A stretch of DNA of 40,069 bases from Candidatus Limnocylindria bacterium (GTDB lineage: Bacteria; Chloroflexota; Limnocylindria; QHBO01): the NCBI GenBank assembly GCA_041495495.1, contig JBGQCU010000003.1, forward strand, positions 1 to 40,069, read 5' to 3'. Positions 31,812-40,069 of the stretch are shown here, one piece after another (positions within the stretch are counted from its first letter, which is position 1; each line of letters opens with the position of its first letter). The notes under the pieces are model-generated. The model did no database searches and was not told the origin of the DNA. It saw only the letters and a list, made by a program, of their open reading frames with translations. The translations under genes were made by a program, and so were the position numbers.

Positions 31812-34667
31812 ATGCACCCGGCCATGCAGCGGCGTCGTCATCGGCTGATGATCCGCCGCACCAACCAGCGTCGCAGCCCGCGACGCGGGCTGGCGACCCT
31901 CCTCATCGTGTTGGTCGGCGTCTTCATCCTGTTGATGGCGGGCACGGCCGTCGGAACCGGGGCGGGGCTGCTGGCGGCCTACAACTACTTCGCGACCGGC
32001 CTGCCCGACCCTCACATCCTGGACGGCATCCAGATGCCCGCCAGCACATATGTCTACGACCGTAGTGGCACGGTGCTGCTCGCCCGCTTCGAGTGCGAGA
32101 ACCGCGAGGAGGTGCACTTCTCGAGCCTGCCCGATTCGATCGTGAACGCGACCGTCGCGGCCGAGGACCGCACCTTCTGGACCAACGACGGGATCGACTA
32201 CACCGCCATCGCGCGCGCGGCGCTGGCCGACCTGCGGGCCGGCTCGATCGTGCAGGGCGCCAGCACCATCACCCAGCAGGTGATCAAGTACGCAGGCTCG
32301 ATCAAGCAGGAGCAGCAGACGACCCAGAGCTCCGGGGAGGCCGCCCCCTCCATCCAGCTCGACCCGGGGACCTCGCCCGCCGCGGTCGACCCATGCACAC
32401 AGCCGGACCTCACCTTTCTCACCGGTCGTGGGTTCGGGGACAAGATCCGCGAGCAGATCCTCGCGCGCGAGGTGACGGCCGCCTACCCCGGGCGTCCCGG
32501 CAAGGAGCGGATCCTCGAAACGTACCTGAACCTGATCTACTACGGAAATCGCTCGTACGGGATCAAGGCCGCCGCCGCCAATTTCTTCGGCACCTCGGAC
32601 CTGAACCAGCTGACCCTGGCGCAGGCCGCCTTCCTGGCGGGGCTGCCGCAGCTGCCGAGCTTCTACGATCCCTACCAGCCGGTCGACAACCCGCGCGGCC
32701 CGGCTCAGGCCATGGCCCGCCGCAACGACGTGCTGGGAGCGATGCTGCACGAGGGCTACATCACCCAGCGCCAGCACGACGAGGCCGTGGCGGTCACCTG
32801 GGAGGAGATGAGCCCGAGCAAGGTCACATCGGTCCTGCGCGAGCCTCAGTTTGCCTTCCGCGTGCAGCTCGAGGCCGCGCGGATCCTCGCCTCAATGGGC
32901 GTGGCGAACCCCCAGCAGGCGGTGCTGACCGGCGGCTACCGGATCACCACCAGCCTCGACTATCCGCTGCAGCAGGTGGCCAAGGAGCAGGTCAAGAAGT
33001 GGGTCACATCGCTTGCCGACAAGAACGTGCACAACGGGGCGCTGGTCGCCATCAACTCGGCGACCGGCGAGATCGTGGCCTACGTCGGCAGCGTCGATTA
33101 CTACAACCGCGATGACCCCCGGGTGCAGGGCCAGTTCGACGTCGCCGGGCTCGGCCGTCGGCAGCCCGGATCGGCCTTCAAGCCGATCACCTACAGCTCT
33201 GCCTTCGTGGCGCGCCAGGCGACCCCGGCTACCTTCCTGCTGGATTCCGTGACGCAGTACGGCTCGTCAAACCCGCGGTACGCGTACATCCCGACCAACG
33301 CCAATATCAAGGAGCAGGGGCCGGTGCTGGCCTTCGACGCACTGCGCTACTCCCTGAACGTGCCGTCCGTGATGATGCAGGACCTGGTCGGGGTGGATGT
33401 CACCGCCCAGTTCGCGCAGACCATGGGGGTCGCCAGCGCTCAGTACATCCTGGGCCAGGACCCCGGCCTGACTCTGACCCTGGGATCGGTGCCGATCAAC
33501 CTGACCAACATGACCCAGGCCTATGGCGTCTTCGCCGACCAGGGCTCGCTCCATCCCGCCACCACGGTGCTCGAGATCCGAGACCGCGACGGCAAGGTCA
33601 TCTACAACCTGGCGGACGACGGGCCCACCGCGACCCAGCCGATGACGCCGGCCGAGTCCTACCTGACGCACTGGATCCTGGAGGGCAACACCAATCCCAA
33701 GACCAACCTGCTGTGGGGCAGCCGGGCGCAGCTCCTCGACGTGAACGGCAAGCGCCGCCACGCCGGCTTCAAGACCGGGACGACGAACGACTTCCGCGAC
33801 GTCTCCGGGTTCGGTTACGTGCCGGGGGGCCTCGTGACCGGCGTCTGGATGGGCAACAACAACCAGGAGCCGCTCTCGAACAAGTTCGGCGGCCTCTTCA
33901 GCGCCGATGGCCCGCTCTACCTGTGGCACGACTTCATGAAGATCGCGCTGAACCAGCCCTGGGATTGGAATGGGAAACAGCCGGTCCCGAACAACGACTT
34001 CGCGCAGCCTCCGGGCGTCGTGACCGCCAAGGTGTGCCGCTTCAGCGGCATGGCGGCCACGGGCGCCTGCGGGCTGACGATCGACCTCCCGTTCCTCGAC
34101 GGCACCGTCCCGCCGCCGGACAACGTGCACGTGAACAAGCAGGGCGGGGGTGGTCCGGCGCCGACTCCCGACGCATCGGGCAACGTCGGCATCCCCGTCA
34201 AGGGATCGTGCTTCGACGTCGTGGCGGAGGTGGCCCAGGACAGCCGCCGTCCACCGGAGATGGTGGCGGCCGCGAAACGCTGGGCAGACCGCTACGTGAA
34301 CGGCCAGCTGGGGTCGAAGGGGAACCCGAACCAGATGGGCGTGCTGGGTCCCGACAAGGTGTGGCTGGCCATCTCCCCGCTGTGGGGCAACAGCGGCTTT
34401 GGCGGGCCGATCTGCGGCGAGATCCACGCCACGCCGACCCCGCTGCCATCCGCATCCCCGACCGGCGGTGCGCCCGTCATCTTCTCCTGCGGGCATCGCA
34501 AGCCGACGCTGTGCACGCCGGCGCCGTCGGCTGCCGCCGTGGCGGCAGACGGGCCACCGTTCAAGCCCGGCAGCCTGGTTGCGGCCTTTGCCGTGCCCGC
34601 GATCCTGGGAGGAGTGCCGCTGCTCGCTCGGGCCGGGCGATGGCGGCGGCGAAGGCAACGCCACTGA
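31812..34667 (+). CDS. Class A penicillin-binding protein (transglycosylase + transpeptidase)
   Basis: N-terminal TM; transglycosylase motifs EDRTF, GASTITQQ and YLNLIYYG; transpeptidase motifs GSAFK, SLN and KTGT. Confidence 0.95.
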   Translation: MHPAMQRRRHRLMIRRTNQRRSPRRGLATLLIVLVGVFILLMAGTAVGTGAGLLAAYNYFATGLPDPHILDGIQMPASTYVYDRSGTVLLARFECENREEVHFSSLPDSIVNATVAAEDRTFWTNDGIDYTAIARAALADLRAGSIVQGASTITQQVIKYAGSIKQEQQTTQSSGEAAPSIQLDPGTSPAAVDPCTQPDLTFLTGRGFGDKIREQILAREVTAAYPGRPGKERILETYLNLIYYGNRSYGIKAAAANFFGTSDLNQLTLAQAAFLAGLPQLPSFYDPYQPVDNPRGPAQAMARRNDVLGAMLHEGYITQRQHDEAVAVTWEEMSPSKVTSVLREPQFAFRVQLEAARILASMGVANPQQAVLTGGYRITTSLDYPLQQVAKEQVKKWVTSLADKNVHNGALVAINSATGEIVAYVGSVDYYNRDDPRVQGQFDVAGLGRRQPGSAFKPITYSSAFVARQATPATFLLDSVTQYGSSNPRYAYIPTNANIKEQGPVLAFDALRYSLNVPSVMMQDLVGVDVTAQFAQTMGVASAQYILGQDPGLTLTLGSVPINLTNMTQAYGVFADQGSLHPATTVLEIRDRDGKVIYNLADDGPTATQPMTPAESYLTHWILEGNTNPKTNLLWGSRAQLLDVNGKRRHAGFKTGTTNDFRDVSGFGYVPGGLVTGVWMGNNNQEPLSNKFGGLFSADGPLYLWHDFMKIALNQPWDWNGKQPVPNNDFAQPPGVVTAKVCRFSGMAATGACGLTIDLPFLDGTVPPPDNVHVNKQGGGGPAPTPDASGNVGIPVKGSCFDVVAEVAQDSRRPPEMVAAAKRWADRYVNGQLGSKGNPNQMGVLGPDKVWLAISPLWGNSGFGGPICGEIHATPTPLPSASPTGGAPVIFSCGHRKPTLCTPAPSAAAVAADGPPFKPGSLVAAFAVPAILGGVPLLARAGRWRRRRQRH

Positions 34668-34728
34668 TCACACGCGCTCGGTGGTCCGCTCGGCCTGCCG
34701 ATGCGCTCCGGCGTGCGAGAATCAGCCC

Positions 34729-35988
34729 GTGTCGCAGTCGATCCTGACCCTGGTCCTCGCCGGTGGCGAGGGTGAGCGGCTCTCGATCCTGTCGCAGGTC
34801 CGTGCCAAGCCCGGGGTCCCGTTCGGCGGCAAGTACCGGATCATCGACTTCGCCCTCTCCAATGCGGTCAACTCCGGCCTCACCGACGTGGCGGTGCTGA
34901 CCCAGTACGCGCCGCGCTCGCTGATCGACCATATCGGCGTGGGACGGCCCTGGGATCTCGACCGCAGCCGCGGCGGGGTGGCCCTGCTGCAGCCCTACCT
35001 GGGACGTGGACGCAGTCGCGAGTGGTACCGGGGCACCGCCGATGCCGTGCTCCAGAACGTGGAGTTCATTGCCGACCGCGACCCGGAGCTGGTCGTGATC
35101 CTGGCCGGCGACCATGTCTACAAGATGGACTACCGCCCGTTCATCGAGCGCCATCGGTCCACGCACGCGGACATCACCTGCGCGGTGCGCACCGTGCCGA
35201 TCGAGGAGGCGCATCGGTTCGGCATCCTGGAGACCGATGCCGAGGGGCGGATCACCGCGTTCGTCGAGAAGCCCGCCAACCCGACCAGCAACCTGGTGAG
35301 CATGGGCGTCTACGTCTTCGCATGGCCGTACCTGCGCTCCGTCCTGTCCGGCGAGCGGGTCGATTTCGGGCGCGACGTGCTACCGGCCGAGGTGGATGCC
35401 GGCCGGCGGGTCTACTCCTACCACTACGGCGGCTACTGGCAGGACGTGGGCACGGTGGAGAGCTACTGGCGCACCAGCCTCGACCTCCTCTCCGACAGCC
35501 CGGGGATCGACCTCTACGACCGCGGATGGCTGATCTACACCAAGAGCGAGGAGCGCGCGCCGGCCATGATCGGGCCGCAGGCGGCGGTGACCCGCAGCAT
35601 GGTGAGTCACGGCTGCGTGATCGACGGCACGGTCGAGCACAGCATCCTGTCGCCCGGCGTGCGGGTGGGCCGCGGCGCGGTCGTGCGCGACTCGATCGTG
35701 ATGTTCGACTCGGTCATCGGGGAGGAGGCGTCCGTCGATCGGGCGATCCTGGACAAGGACTGCGTCGTCGGTCCCCGCAGCCGGATCGGTGACGGGGACG
35801 ACCTGCGCCCGAACCGCAACGAGCCCGAGCGGCTCTTCGCCGGCATCACGCTGGTGGGCAAGCGGGCGCATATCCCGGCCGGGGTCGTCATCGGGCGCAA
35901 CTGCCGGATCGACCCGAGCGTGGTCGAGGACGACTTCGGACGACATCGCACCATCCGCTCCGGCGAAACGGTGGTGCACGCTGGCTGA
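34729..35988 (+). CDS. glgC: Glucose-1-phosphate adenylyltransferase
   Basis: LAGGEGERL, RAKPGVPFGGKYRIIDF, GTADAV, GDHVYKMDY, FVEKP, SMGVYVF and YWQDVGT motifs; GTG 34729 lies 6 nt after TGc-GAGAAT. Confidence 0.92.
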   Translation: MSQSILTLVLAGGEGERLSILSQVRAKPGVPFGGKYRIIDFALSNAVNSGLTDVAVLTQYAPRSLIDHIGVGRPWDLDRSRGGVALLQPYLGRGRSREWYRGTADAVLQNVEFIADRDPELVVILAGDHVYKMDYRPFIERHRSTHADITCAVRTVPIEEAHRFGILETDAEGRITAFVEKPANPTSNLVSMGVYVFAWPYLRSVLSGERVDFGRDVLPAEVDAGRRVYSYHYGGYWQDVGTVESYWRTSLDLLSDSPGIDLYDRGWLIYTKSEERAPAMIGPQAAVTRSMVSHGCVIDGTVEHSILSPGVRVGRGAVVRDSIVMFDSVIGEEASVDRAILDKDCVVGPRSRIGDGDDLRPNRNEPERLFAGITLVGKRAHIPAGVVIGRNCRIDPSVVEDDFGRHRTIRSGETVVHAG

Positions 35989-36556
35989 CGACGCCCCGCC
36001 GATCGATGCCTGGCTCGCGGAGCTGGGGGTGGAGCCGATCGGGGGAGGCGGAGCGCCGAGCGACCCGGCCTTCAGCCGCGACCTGCTGCTCGACGGCACG
36101 CGCCGCTTCGACCTGCGCGTCACGGTGGCGTGGGTCGCCGGGGTGGGCCTCTCGGCCTGGGCCTATTACGGCGACGAGGGGCTGGAGGTGCCCAAGCGGA
36201 TCTACGCCCGCATGCTGCGTGCCAACTTCGACTATCCGTTCGTGAAGTTCGCGCTGACCGATGACGATCGGCCGATGCTCATGACCGAGCTGCCACCCGC
36301 CGGATTGGACCGCGATGCCCTGGCGCGAGCGCTCGTGCGGTTGACCATCGTTGCCGATCGGCTGCTCGACGAGACGGCGCCGGCGGTCGTCGACCGCGGC
36401 AGCCTGCCCGATTGGGCGGGGCGCACCCCGCGCAAAGCCGCGCTCCTGGCCGCGCATCGGGCCGAGGTCGAGGCGAGCATGCCGGCCTGGGAGGTGCCGC
36501 TGCCGCGGCGCCGGCGGCGCGGCCTGCTCGAGCGCGTGCTGGGGCTCAACCGGTGA
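35981..36556 (+). CDS. Hypothetical protein, YbjN-like (T3SS-chaperone-fold) domain; start uncertain
   Basis: Only host-like frame between glgC and the next gene; YARMLRANFDYPFVKFALTDDDRPML resembles YbjN-type LL.lN....KF.ld. No ATG/GTG near the glgC stop; CTG at 35981. Confidence 0.65.
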   Translation: MADDAPPIDAWLAELGVEPIGGGGAPSDPAFSRDLLLDGTRRFDLRVTVAWVAGVGLSAWAYYGDEGLEVPKRIYARMLRANFDYPFVKFALTDDDRPMLMTELPPAGLDRDALARALVRLTIVADRLLDETAPAVVDRGSLPDWAGRTPRKAALLAAHRAEVEASMPAWEVPLPRRRRRGLLERVLGLNR

Positions 36557-38493
36557 TCCGCCGGCTGGCCCGGGCCCTGGCGCTCGCGCTGCTGCTCATG
36601 CCGTCGCTCCCTCCGGGTGCCACGCAGGCTGCCGAGTACCAGATGGCGACCGTGGCCCGCTACGTGGTCGACCCCGCGGCTGCGGAGATCGCGGTCACGG
36701 TCGAGGTCACCTTCACCAACTCCACGCCCAACCCGCCCGGCCAGCTGAGCGCATTCGATCGGATCGACCTCGCCATTCACAACGGGGCGTCGCAGGTCTC
36801 GGCCCAGGATGCCAAGGGGCCGCTCACCGTTGACCTGGTGACCCGCGACGGCGCGCAGGTCGCTTCGGTGAGGCCCCGCGCCCGGGTGCGCTACAACCGC
36901 TCGGTCAGCTTCACGCTTTCGTATCGCCTGGTGGACGGCGCGGCGACAGGTGTGCATGTGCGGCCCGAGGTGGTGAAGTTCGCGGCCTGGGGATTCGGCA
37001 CCAGCAGCGAGGTCACGGTCGAGCTGCCGGCGAGCTACCAGGTGCGGGCCGACGGCGACCCGATGGTGATCGATGCCGCGGGCGGTGTGACGCGCATGAC
37101 GAGCGGCCCGATCCCGGCGCCGGACCGCTGGCTGGCCCTGGTCACCGGGTCCCGGCCGAGCGCCTACGCCACGTATTCCGCGAGCGTCGCGCTGGCGAGC
37201 GGGACAGTCGATCTCCAGGTGCGCGCCTGGGTCGGCGATGCGGCCTGGGGCCGGCGGACGCTGGCGACGCTGGAGGCCGGGCTGCCCATGCTCGAGCAGG
37301 CGATCGGCCTGCCGTATCCACGGGTCGGGCCGCTGGTGGTGACGGAGGTGATCGGTGGCGAGGGGAGCGCCGGCCAGCCCCCGACGCCCGCGGCGGAGAT
37401 CCAGGTGGCGTTCGACGCGTCCGCCTTCACGCTGCTGCACCAGGCGGCCCACGTCTGGATCGGCGAGCAGCTGGCCGCCGACCGCTGGATCCGTGAGGGG
37501 CTCGCCTCGCACGAGGCGGAGCGGGTGGCGTCGAGCCTGGGCCAGCCGCTGCCGTACGATCCCGCCGTGCGTGCCGGCGAGCTGGCCTCAGATGCCAGCC
37601 CGCTGCTGGGGTGGGGCACGGAGCCCGGCGGCGCGGCCAGCGACGCCTACGCCTACGCGGCGTCCTGGGCGTTCGTCGACCAGATTGCGACCGACGTCGG
37701 CGAGGCGCACCTGGCCCAGGCGCTCAGGCGCATCGTCGCCGGCGTCTCGGCCTACGACCCGATCGACCCCGATCCGCTGCCGCCGACCGGGCTGCGCTTC
37801 GCCCCGATGGACACCCGCCGCTTCCTCGACCAGCTGGCCGAGGTAAGTGGCGTCGATCTGTCCGACCTCTTCGGCCAGGTGGTCCTCGGCCCGCAGGCCG
37901 GTCTGGAGCTTGCGCGACGACGAGCGGCGCGTGATGCGTACGAGCGCCTGATCCTGGCAGCGGGGGATTGGGGCGCTCCGGATCCGATCGCGGCCGCCAT
38001 GGCCGACTGGCGGTTCGACGAGGCGCGCGCTGCGATCGAGGACGCCTCCGCCTGGCTGGTGGGGCGTGACGCGCTCATCGCGAAGGTGGCGGCGGCGGGC
38101 ATGACCACGCCGGATCGGCTCCGGGAGCGGTTCGCGGCTGGAGGCGGCGGACCAGACGCGCAGGCCGAGCTTGCCGCCGAGAGCGCGGTGGTCGACGCCG
38201 ATCTCGACCTCCAGCGGCGCGCCACGGCGCCGCGCGGGCCGCTCGAGACGATCGGGCTCTTCCTTGCTGACGATCCCCGCCAGCTCCTCACCGAGGCGGC
38301 GATGCAGTTCAGGGCTGGAGACCTCCGGGCGGCGGCCGGCTCGCTCGACGCTGCCGAGATGCAGCTCAACCGGGCGCCGACCAACGGCGTGGTGCGCATC
38401 GCCAGCGCCGGCGTGCTGCTGGCGGTGATCGGCCTGGTCGGGAGCCTCACCGCCCGACGGCGTGGTGGCAGCCACTACACTTCTGTCCCATGA
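36553..38493 (+). CDS. Exported gluzincin / peptidase MA-like protein with HQxxH (probably inactive) and C-terminal TM anchor
   Basis: GTGA overlap; signal peptide ending TQA; GLPYP, LLHQAAHVW..WIREGLA; C-terminal hydrophobic helix followed by RRR. Confidence 0.8.
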   Translation: MIRRLARALALALLLMPSLPPGATQAAEYQMATVARYVVDPAAAEIAVTVEVTFTNSTPNPPGQLSAFDRIDLAIHNGASQVSAQDAKGPLTVDLVTRDGAQVASVRPRARVRYNRSVSFTLSYRLVDGAATGVHVRPEVVKFAAWGFGTSSEVTVELPASYQVRADGDPMVIDAAGGVTRMTSGPIPAPDRWLALVTGSRPSAYATYSASVALASGTVDLQVRAWVGDAAWGRRTLATLEAGLPMLEQAIGLPYPRVGPLVVTEVIGGEGSAGQPPTPAAEIQVAFDASAFTLLHQAAHVWIGEQLAADRWIREGLASHEAERVASSLGQPLPYDPAVRAGELASDASPLLGWGTEPGGAASDAYAYAASWAFVDQIATDVGEAHLAQALRRIVAGVSAYDPIDPDPLPPTGLRFAPMDTRRFLDQLAEVSGVDLSDLFGQVVLGPQAGLELARRRAARDAYERLILAAGDWGAPDPIAAAMADWRFDEARAAIEDASAWLVGRDALIAKVAAAGMTTPDRLRERFAAGGGGPDAQAELAAESAVVDADLDLQRRATAPRGPLETIGLFLADDPRQLLTEAAMQFRAGDLRAAAGSLDAAEMQLNRAPTNGVVRIASAGVLLAVIGLVGSLTARRRGGSHYTSVP

Positions 38494-39545
38494 CGCGCGA
38501 CGAGTCGACAGCGAGCAGGGCGGTCGCCCGACCGCAATTCCACCCCGCCGCCGACGTGCTCGCCGGGGACACCGCCGACGTGTATTTCGAGCGGGCGCGA
38601 AGGATCCTTGCCGCGGAAGGGCTCGATCCGGTGGTCAGCATGGAGATCTTCGCCCGCGAGGAGGCGATCCTGTGCGGGGCCGAGGAGGCGCTCGCCTACC
38701 TGCGCCAGATCCTGGGGCTTGGCTCGCGACAGGATCCGGAGCCGGTGGTCGAATCGCTCCATGACGGCGACGCCATCGGCCCCAAGGAGGTGGTGATGCG
38801 CATCACCGCACGCTACTCCGCGTTCGGACTGTACGAGACGGCGATCCTCGGCATCCTTTCGCAGAGCACCGGCTGGGCGACCGCCGCGCGCCGCATCGCC
38901 GAGGCTGCGGCACCGATCCCGGTCATCGGCTTCGGCGCCCGTCACGTTCACCCCAGCGTTGCCGACCAGATGGACTACGCCTCGGTGGTGGGCGGCTGCG
39001 TGGGCGCCTCCACGCCTGCCGGCGCACGCCTGGCCGGCCTGTCGCCGACCGGCACCATGCCCCACGCCCTGATCCTGATCTTTGGCGACACCGTCCGCGC
39101 CGCCGAGGCCTTTGACCGCCACATCGACCCGGACGTGCCGCGCATCGTCCTGGTCGACACCTTCAAGGACGAGACCGAGGAATCGCTGCGCGTGGCCGAC
39201 GCGCTCGGCGACCGCCTGTGGGGCGTTCGGCTCGACACGCCGTCCGAGCGCGGCCGCGTCACCGCTGACCTGGTCAAGGAGGTCCGTGCCCGGCTCGACC
39301 AGGCCGGCCACTCCCGGGTCAAGATCGTCGTCTCCGGCGGGCTGGACCTCGACCGCATCGCCTATTTCAAGGAGTCGGGAGCGCCGATCGATTCGTTCGC
39401 CGTCGGCTCGGCGATCTCCGACGCCTCGCCGATCGACTTCACGGGCGATCTCAAGGAGATCGATGGCGCACCGATCGCCAAGCGCGGCCGGATCCCGGGG
39501 CGCACCGAGAACCCCCGACTGCGGCGGGTCGAGCTATCGGCCTGA
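38490..39545 (+). CDS. pncB: Nicotinate phosphoribosyltransferase (short QPRTase-like / archaeal-type)
   Basis: TADVYF, FGARH, GTMPHAL, LVDTF, VRLDTP, VSGGL and AKRGR motifs. Confidence 0.9.
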   Translation: MTRDESTASRAVARPQFHPAADVLAGDTADVYFERARRILAAEGLDPVVSMEIFAREEAILCGAEEALAYLRQILGLGSRQDPEPVVESLHDGDAIGPKEVVMRITARYSAFGLYETAILGILSQSTGWATAARRIAEAAAPIPVIGFGARHVHPSVADQMDYASVVGGCVGASTPAGARLAGLSPTGTMPHALILIFGDTVRAAEAFDRHIDPDVPRIVLVDTFKDETEESLRVADALGDRLWGVRLDTPSERGRVTADLVKEVRARLDQAGHSRVKIVVSGGLDLDRIAYFKESGAPIDSFAVGSAISDASPIDFTGDLKEIDGAPIAKRGRIPGRTENPRLRRVELSA

Positions 39546-39553
39546 CCGAGCCG

Positions 39554-39931
39554 ATGAGCGGGGCGGAGCCGGAGCCGGAGTCGGCCTACGACCTGTTCCG
39601 CCGCGGCTCACTGTTCCTCGCCCAGCGACACCCGGGCGCGGCGGCCGTGCTGCTCGAGCGATGCCTGGCCCTCGAGCCGGGAAAGGCGTCGATCCTCGAG
39701 GCGCTCGGCCGCGCCTACTACGACCTCGGTGACCACGCCCGCGCCGCTGAACGCTTCGGGACGATCGTGGATGCCAACCCGCTGGCCGATTACGCCCATT
39801 TCGGGCTGGGCCTGTCCCAGGTTCGGCTGGGTGACCCGGCCGCCGGCCGGCGGCACCTGCGCATGGCGGTCTTCCTCAAGCCGGAGAACGAGGACTACCG
39901 GCGGGCGCTGCGCCGCGCCGACGCGGCCTAG
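39554..39931 (+). CDS. Small TPR protein
   Basis: About 3 TPR repeats (EALGRAYYDLG..A, YAHFGLGLS..LG..A). Confidence 0.85.
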   Translation: MSGAEPEPESAYDLFRRGSLFLAQRHPGAAAVLLERCLALEPGKASILEALGRAYYDLGDHARAAERFGTIVDANPLADYAHFGLGLSQVRLGDPAAGRRHLRMAVFLKPENEDYRRALRRADAA

Positions 39932-40069
39932 AGCCGGCGGACGACCCGGACCCGAGGCCGGCGCCGGCCAACGATGGAGCGGTCGCGCGGGACGACGCTG
40001 ATCATGCCGTCCGCCTCGAGCACGGCCAGCTCGACCTCGGCGACGTCGGCGATCCCGTGCTCGCGCATC
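39928..40069 (-). CDS. DUF421/YetF-family protein, C-terminal fragment (5' end outside window)
   Basis: Manual translation MREHGIADVAEVELAVLEADGMISVVPRD...RRL*; matches the YetF C-terminal R..G..d..eV..A.LE.dG.iSV pattern; not in the ORF track. Confidence 0.8.
   Translation of the reverse strand, partial: MREHGIADVAEVELAVLEADGMISVVPRDRSIVGRRRPRVRVVRRL

Noticed and set aside
18800-39931. Convergent genes sharing stop palindromes (CTAG at 18800 and 39928, TCAGCTGA at 26052)
   Set aside because: Real, but a common result of compact genome packing; no evidence for special function.

Overview
High-GC (roughly 70% by eye), gene-dense bacterial chromosome segment. Gene content and style suggest Chloroflexota, possibly Limnocylindria/Ellin6529-like; this is an inference, not verified. 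I call 34 CDSs and see no rRNA, tRNA, CRISPR array, transposase or integrase. Left to right: PolX-PHP (start upstream of the window), a multi-TM protein, an oppositely oriented ECF sigma/anti-sigma pair, a TPR + HIRAN-like + acidic-tail protein, and a 950-aa protein with a DNA methyltransferase fold, Zn ribbon and nuclease-like domain. That protein has a degenerate catalytic motif and ends in a beta-clamp-binding-like motif (QLTMF). Next come CsoR with its operator, a PIG-L deacetylase, an ABC exporter, a YyaL-like protein, an LCP lipoprotein, a zinc-ribbon protein, a divergent adenosine deaminase, a degenerate PIG-L protein, Mrp/ApbC and a metallophosphoesterase. A nucleoside uptake/salvage cluster follows (hydrolase, ABC permeases/ATPase, BMP lipoprotein, HAD-IIA, canonical Add). 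The right end holds PepA, a prepilin peptidase, an M23 peptidase, a class A PBP, GlgC, a YbjN-like protein, an HQxxH pseudo-gluzincin, PncB, a TPR protein and a partial DUF421 gene. The best candidate for an undescribed system is the TPR/HIRAN-like + pseudo-methyltransferase/clamp-motif pair near polX, possibly a replication-coupled DNA maintenance module. Also notable are several apparent pseudoenzymes, many apparently leaderless promoters, and a candidate C-rich-loop small RNA. All family calls come from reading motifs by eye; no database search was run.
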